Below, one piece after another: positions 60,215-64,000 of a stretch of 64,000 nucleotides of DNA. This DNA is from Malacoraja senta. Its lineage: Eukaryota. Under the pieces are notes generated by a model. The model was not told the origin of the DNA and did no database searches. It saw only the letters and a program-made list of their open reading frames with translations. The stretch's first letter is position 1. Each line of letters opens with the position of its first letter. Both the position numbers and the translations under genes were made by a program. The stretch lies in assembly GCA_038087875.1 (NCBI GenBank), contig CM075989.1, forward strand, positions 868,001-932,000, read 5' to 3'.

Positions 60215-60510
60215 TTACTTTAGAGATACATCAAGGAAACAGAGCCTTTGGTCAAGAGTCAAGAGTGTTTTATTGCCACTAGTCCATGCTGACCAACTTT
60301 TATACGTACGCTATCCTAGACACTACGGACAATTTACAGAAACCAATTAATCTACAAACCTGCATGTCTTTGGGATGTGGCAGAAAGCCCACGCAGGTCA
60401 CGGAGAGAACTTACAAACTCCGTACAGACAGCACCCGTAGTGAGGATCCACCTGGGGTGCCTGGCGCTGTAAAGGCAGCAACTCTGTCCATCTACCGCTA
60501 CTCCACTGTG
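60215..60510 (-). mobile_element. Degenerate V-SINE (HE1-like)
   Basis: Reverse complement shows the tRNA-like head and V-core, and reads ...GGTTTGTAGATTAATTGG... uninterrupted. Confidence 0.7.
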
Positions 60511-61296
60511 TTCTGGTCAGCTGAGAATTCTGGGGCTGACGACGAGATACCCAATTGACTGAAATCGACTACTTGTCCGTGTTATAAAACTACACTTTCT
60601 ACAGCAGAGGAACTTACAGGAACATTAAATAGCAGCCATAATGCAGAGCGGGAACAAGCAGGTACAATATATGCGCACTCTCAAATTCAGTTGCCATGTG
60701 TTGACCACACACAAGGCTATGGCGGAAGACATAAACTCATGGTATCAGATGCAATACAGTCATGAATGTGTGTGCGTGCATGTTCATGTGTGTGTGAGTG
60801 CATGGCTACGTGTATAACTGTGTGTGTGTGCAGTAAGGGGAGGGTGTTTGACTAACATGGAGTGAACCGCGAACAGGCATGTGGAGTTATTTTCTGGGTG
60901 GTCATGCTGAGTCCCAACATAATCACCCCTAACATGGCAGGGGTGATTATGTTGGGACTTTGAATGTTTACAGTGAATATCATTTACTTGATATTGGTAC
61001 AGGTTTATGTTGCAAATTGTACCGACATACAGTGCATGCTATCCAGTCGAATCAGACAGAAATTAGTACGGTCAAGGCATGCGCAAGCACAACATGTAAA
61101 GCAAAGATAAATACCAGAACGCAGAATATAGTGTTACAGCGCTATAGCGTCACTGTTACTGAGAAAAGGTAAAAATAAAAGCGCAAGATGCACAGTGGAC
61201 CAAATTTAGAGATTGGGACCACACCCCAAATTATGGGAGAACCATTCAACAGTCTGGTAACTATAGAGAAGAAGCTGCTCCTGAATCTTATGATGT

Positions 61297-61978
61297 ACGA
61301 AGGAACTACAGATGCTGGTTTAAACCGAAGATCGACACTAAAAGCCGGAGTAACTCCGCGGATTTGACATCATCTCCGGAGAAAAGGAATAGGTGACATT
61401 TCGGGTCGAGACCCTTCTTCAGACTGAGAGTCAGGGGAAAGGGAAATGAACGATATAGACAGTGATGTAGAGAGAAAGAGAAACAATTGAATTAAAGATA
61501 TGCAAAAACGAAACAAAGATAAATGAAACAGGTCATTCATTGTTACCTGTGGCCGAGGTGAGAACGAGTACAGACATTTGGACTCAACAAGACGACCTTG
61601 AAGCTGGTACGACTTTGGTGGAGGAGGGATCGATAGAGAGTGAATGCAAGAGTTATTTGAAGTAAGATACATTAATATTCATACCACTGGGTTATGAGTG
61701 AAATATGAGATGCTGTTCCTCCAATTTGCATTAGGTCATTTCTGACAATGGAGGAGGCCTAGGAAAGAAAGGTCAGCGTCGGAATGGGAGGGGGATTTAA
61801 AGTGTTTGGCAACGGGGAGATCAGGTATATCCAAGCGGACTGAGTGAAAGTATTCCGTGAAACGATCGCCCAGTCTACCAAACCTGTCCGAAGAAGGGTC
61901 TCGATCCGAATCGTCACCTACTCCTTTTCTCCAGAGATGATTCTGGCCCGCTGAGTTACTCCAGCTTTTTGTGTCTAT
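61297..61978 (-). mobile_element. Penelope-like element fragment with inverted pLTR
   Basis: GIY-YIG tail (LGDRFTEY..PVAKHF); pLTR on minus at ~61300-61430 and an inverted copy at 61885-61978; CCTGAATCT(T/C)ATG duplicated on both flanks. Confidence 0.78.
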
Positions 61979-62054
61979 CCTGAATCTCATGTTATGTGCT
62001 TTCTAGTTTTTGTATCTACTGCCCGACGGAGGACAAAAATGCGTGTTTTTTTTT

Positions 62055-63397
62055 AAAAGATATTGAAGATGGTTGTGAAAGATTGCAGCAGGATCTGGAT
62101 CGATTGGTCAGGGGGGCTGAGGAATGGTTGGTGGAATGTAATACAGAGAAGTGTGAGGTTTTGCATTTTGGGACGTCTAACAAGGGCAAGACCAAACAGC
62201 TAATGGTAGGCATCTGCGGAGTGTTGTGGAGCAGATGGATCTGGGAGTGTGGATGCATGGTTCCTTGAAGGTCGAGTCGCACGGAGATCAAGTGGTCAAA
62301 GAGGCATTTGGAACATTGGCCTTCATCAGTCAGAGTATTGAGTATAGAAGTTGGGAGGTCGTGTTGCAGTTGTATAAGACGTTGGTAAGACTGCATTTAG
62401 AATGCAGACACAAATGCTGGAGAAACTCAGCGGGTGAGGCAGCATCTATGGAGCGAAGGAAATAGGCAACGTTTCGGGCCGAAACTCTTCTTCAGACTGA
62501 TGTGAGGGTGGGGAGGGGGGGAGGGGGGGCTCCGCATTTAGGATATAGTGTTCAGTTCTGAGCACTGTGTATTAGGAAATAAATTGTCAAGCATGAAAAG
62601 GTTCAGCGAAGATTTACGAGGATGTTGCCAGCAGTAGAGGGTGTGAGCTATAGGGAGAGGTTGAGTAGGCTGTGTCTCTATTCCTTGGAACGTAGGAGGA
62701 TGAGAGGTGATCTTATTAGAGGTGTATAAAATCATGAGCGGAACAGATCGGAGATGCACAAAGACTCATGTCCAGAGTAGGGGAATCGAGGACCACAGGA
62801 CATAGGTTCAAGGTGAAGGGGGAAAAAATAATAGGACACTTTTTCACACAAAGGGTGGTGGGTGTAAGGAACTGGCTGCCAGAAGAGATAGTTGAGGCTG
62901 GGATTATCCCAACGTTTAAGATCCCAATCTCTGCATCAGAGGGCGGTGGAGGCAGGTTATCTGGATGCTTTCAAGAGGGAGCTAGATAGGGCTCTTAAAA
63001 ATAGCGGAGTCAGGGGATATGGGGAGAAGGCAGGAACGGGGTACTGATTGGGGATGATCGGTCATGATCACATTGAATGACGGTGCTGGCTCGAAGGGCC
63101 GAATGGCTTACTCCTACACCTATTGTCTATTGTCTATTTTTTAAGGAACAAGTAGACAGGTACATGGATAAACACAAAAGCTGGAGTAACTCAGCGGGAC
63201 AGGCAGCATGTCTGGAGAGAAGGAATGGGTGACGTTTCAGGTCGAGACCCTTCTTCAGACATGGATAGGACAGGTTTGGAGGAATATGGACCAAGCGCAG
63301 GCAGGTGATACTAATGTAGCTGGGACATGTTGGCTGGTGTGGGCATGTTGGGAGGAACAGCTTGTTTCCACACTGTATCACTCTATGACTCTATGAC
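62055..63397 (+). mobile_element. Old CR1 3' region with nested pLTR and CR1-tail fragments
   Basis: LQQDLDRL, KCEVLHFG and LYKTLVRLHLE motifs; CTATGACT tail at ~63390; pLTR pieces at 62405-62500 and 63170-63260. Confidence 0.75.
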
Positions 63398-64000
63398 TAA
63401 GAGGGTATTTCATCAGGGTGAAATTGGTCCGTGATTATGTTGGCTGCTTTCTGAGGCAGCATGTAGATGGAGTGGATGGATGGGTGTCTGGTCTGCGTGA
63501 TGGAATTGGCCACGTCCACAACTCGTTGCAATTTCTTGACTTCTTGAGCTGACCTGCTGGCCAACTAAGCTGTGATGCGGCCAGATAGGATACTTCCTGC
63601 AACCGTCTAAGTTGGTAAGAGTAATTGGAGAGGTGCCAATTGTCTTCTGACGAAGTAGAGGATTTAATGTGCTTGACCTTACTTGATGTAAGACTATCAA
63701 CAAAAGTCATTTTTTGGATGCAGAAAGTAGTTCGCCAGACAGACTCAGCAGACGATGCAAACATTCCAAATTGAAATTGTTAAATGAATTGAATGGAGCA
63801 GAGCATGAACATTCCAGAACTTGATCAACATTTTGTACCGATAGAACAACACTTCCCCATCCTGCAGAATCAGGCATCTCTCACACGGACTCAACAACCC
63901 GGTTATCTCCGTTGCACGGGAAACACTTTTGACATGGTGATTCAGACTTATGCAGATAAGTCTGAAACTGGGAAATGTGAAGCGAAGTCCGCATTTTACC

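Overview
Vertebrate genomic DNA, most likely from a cartilaginous fish such as a skate or ray. This is inferred from HE1/V-SINE-like SINEs, abundant CR1, Penelope-like elements and a GPR139-like receptor. Most of the window is nested transposable elements. The only convincing host gene is an intact two-exon, minus-strand class A GPCR of the GPR139/142-like type (320 aa; exons 14980-14914 and 12037-11142). Top finding: this gene lies inside a 17.9-kb block (7030-24923) bounded by two direct copies of one non-autonomous TIR transposon. The outermost ends of the block split a single V-SINE in two and carry a matching 3-bp TSD (ATA), while the inner ends share no TSD. This looks like a composite (macro) transposon carrying a receptor gene. 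A 428-bp tandem duplication ends exactly at its left TIR. The second major structure is a 25-kb nest (33869-58928): a SINE contains a DIRS1-type element, whose ICR contains a Gypsy LTR element, which in turn contains three CR1 copies. Also present are a decayed Harbinger transposase with cognate MITEs, a composite Helitron-like element with a minisatellite, L1, L2, Vingi-like and Rex1/Babar-like LINE fragments, and Penelope-like fragments with hammerhead-ribozyme cores. All coordinates and alignments were read by eye and no database searches were run, so family names are pattern-based.
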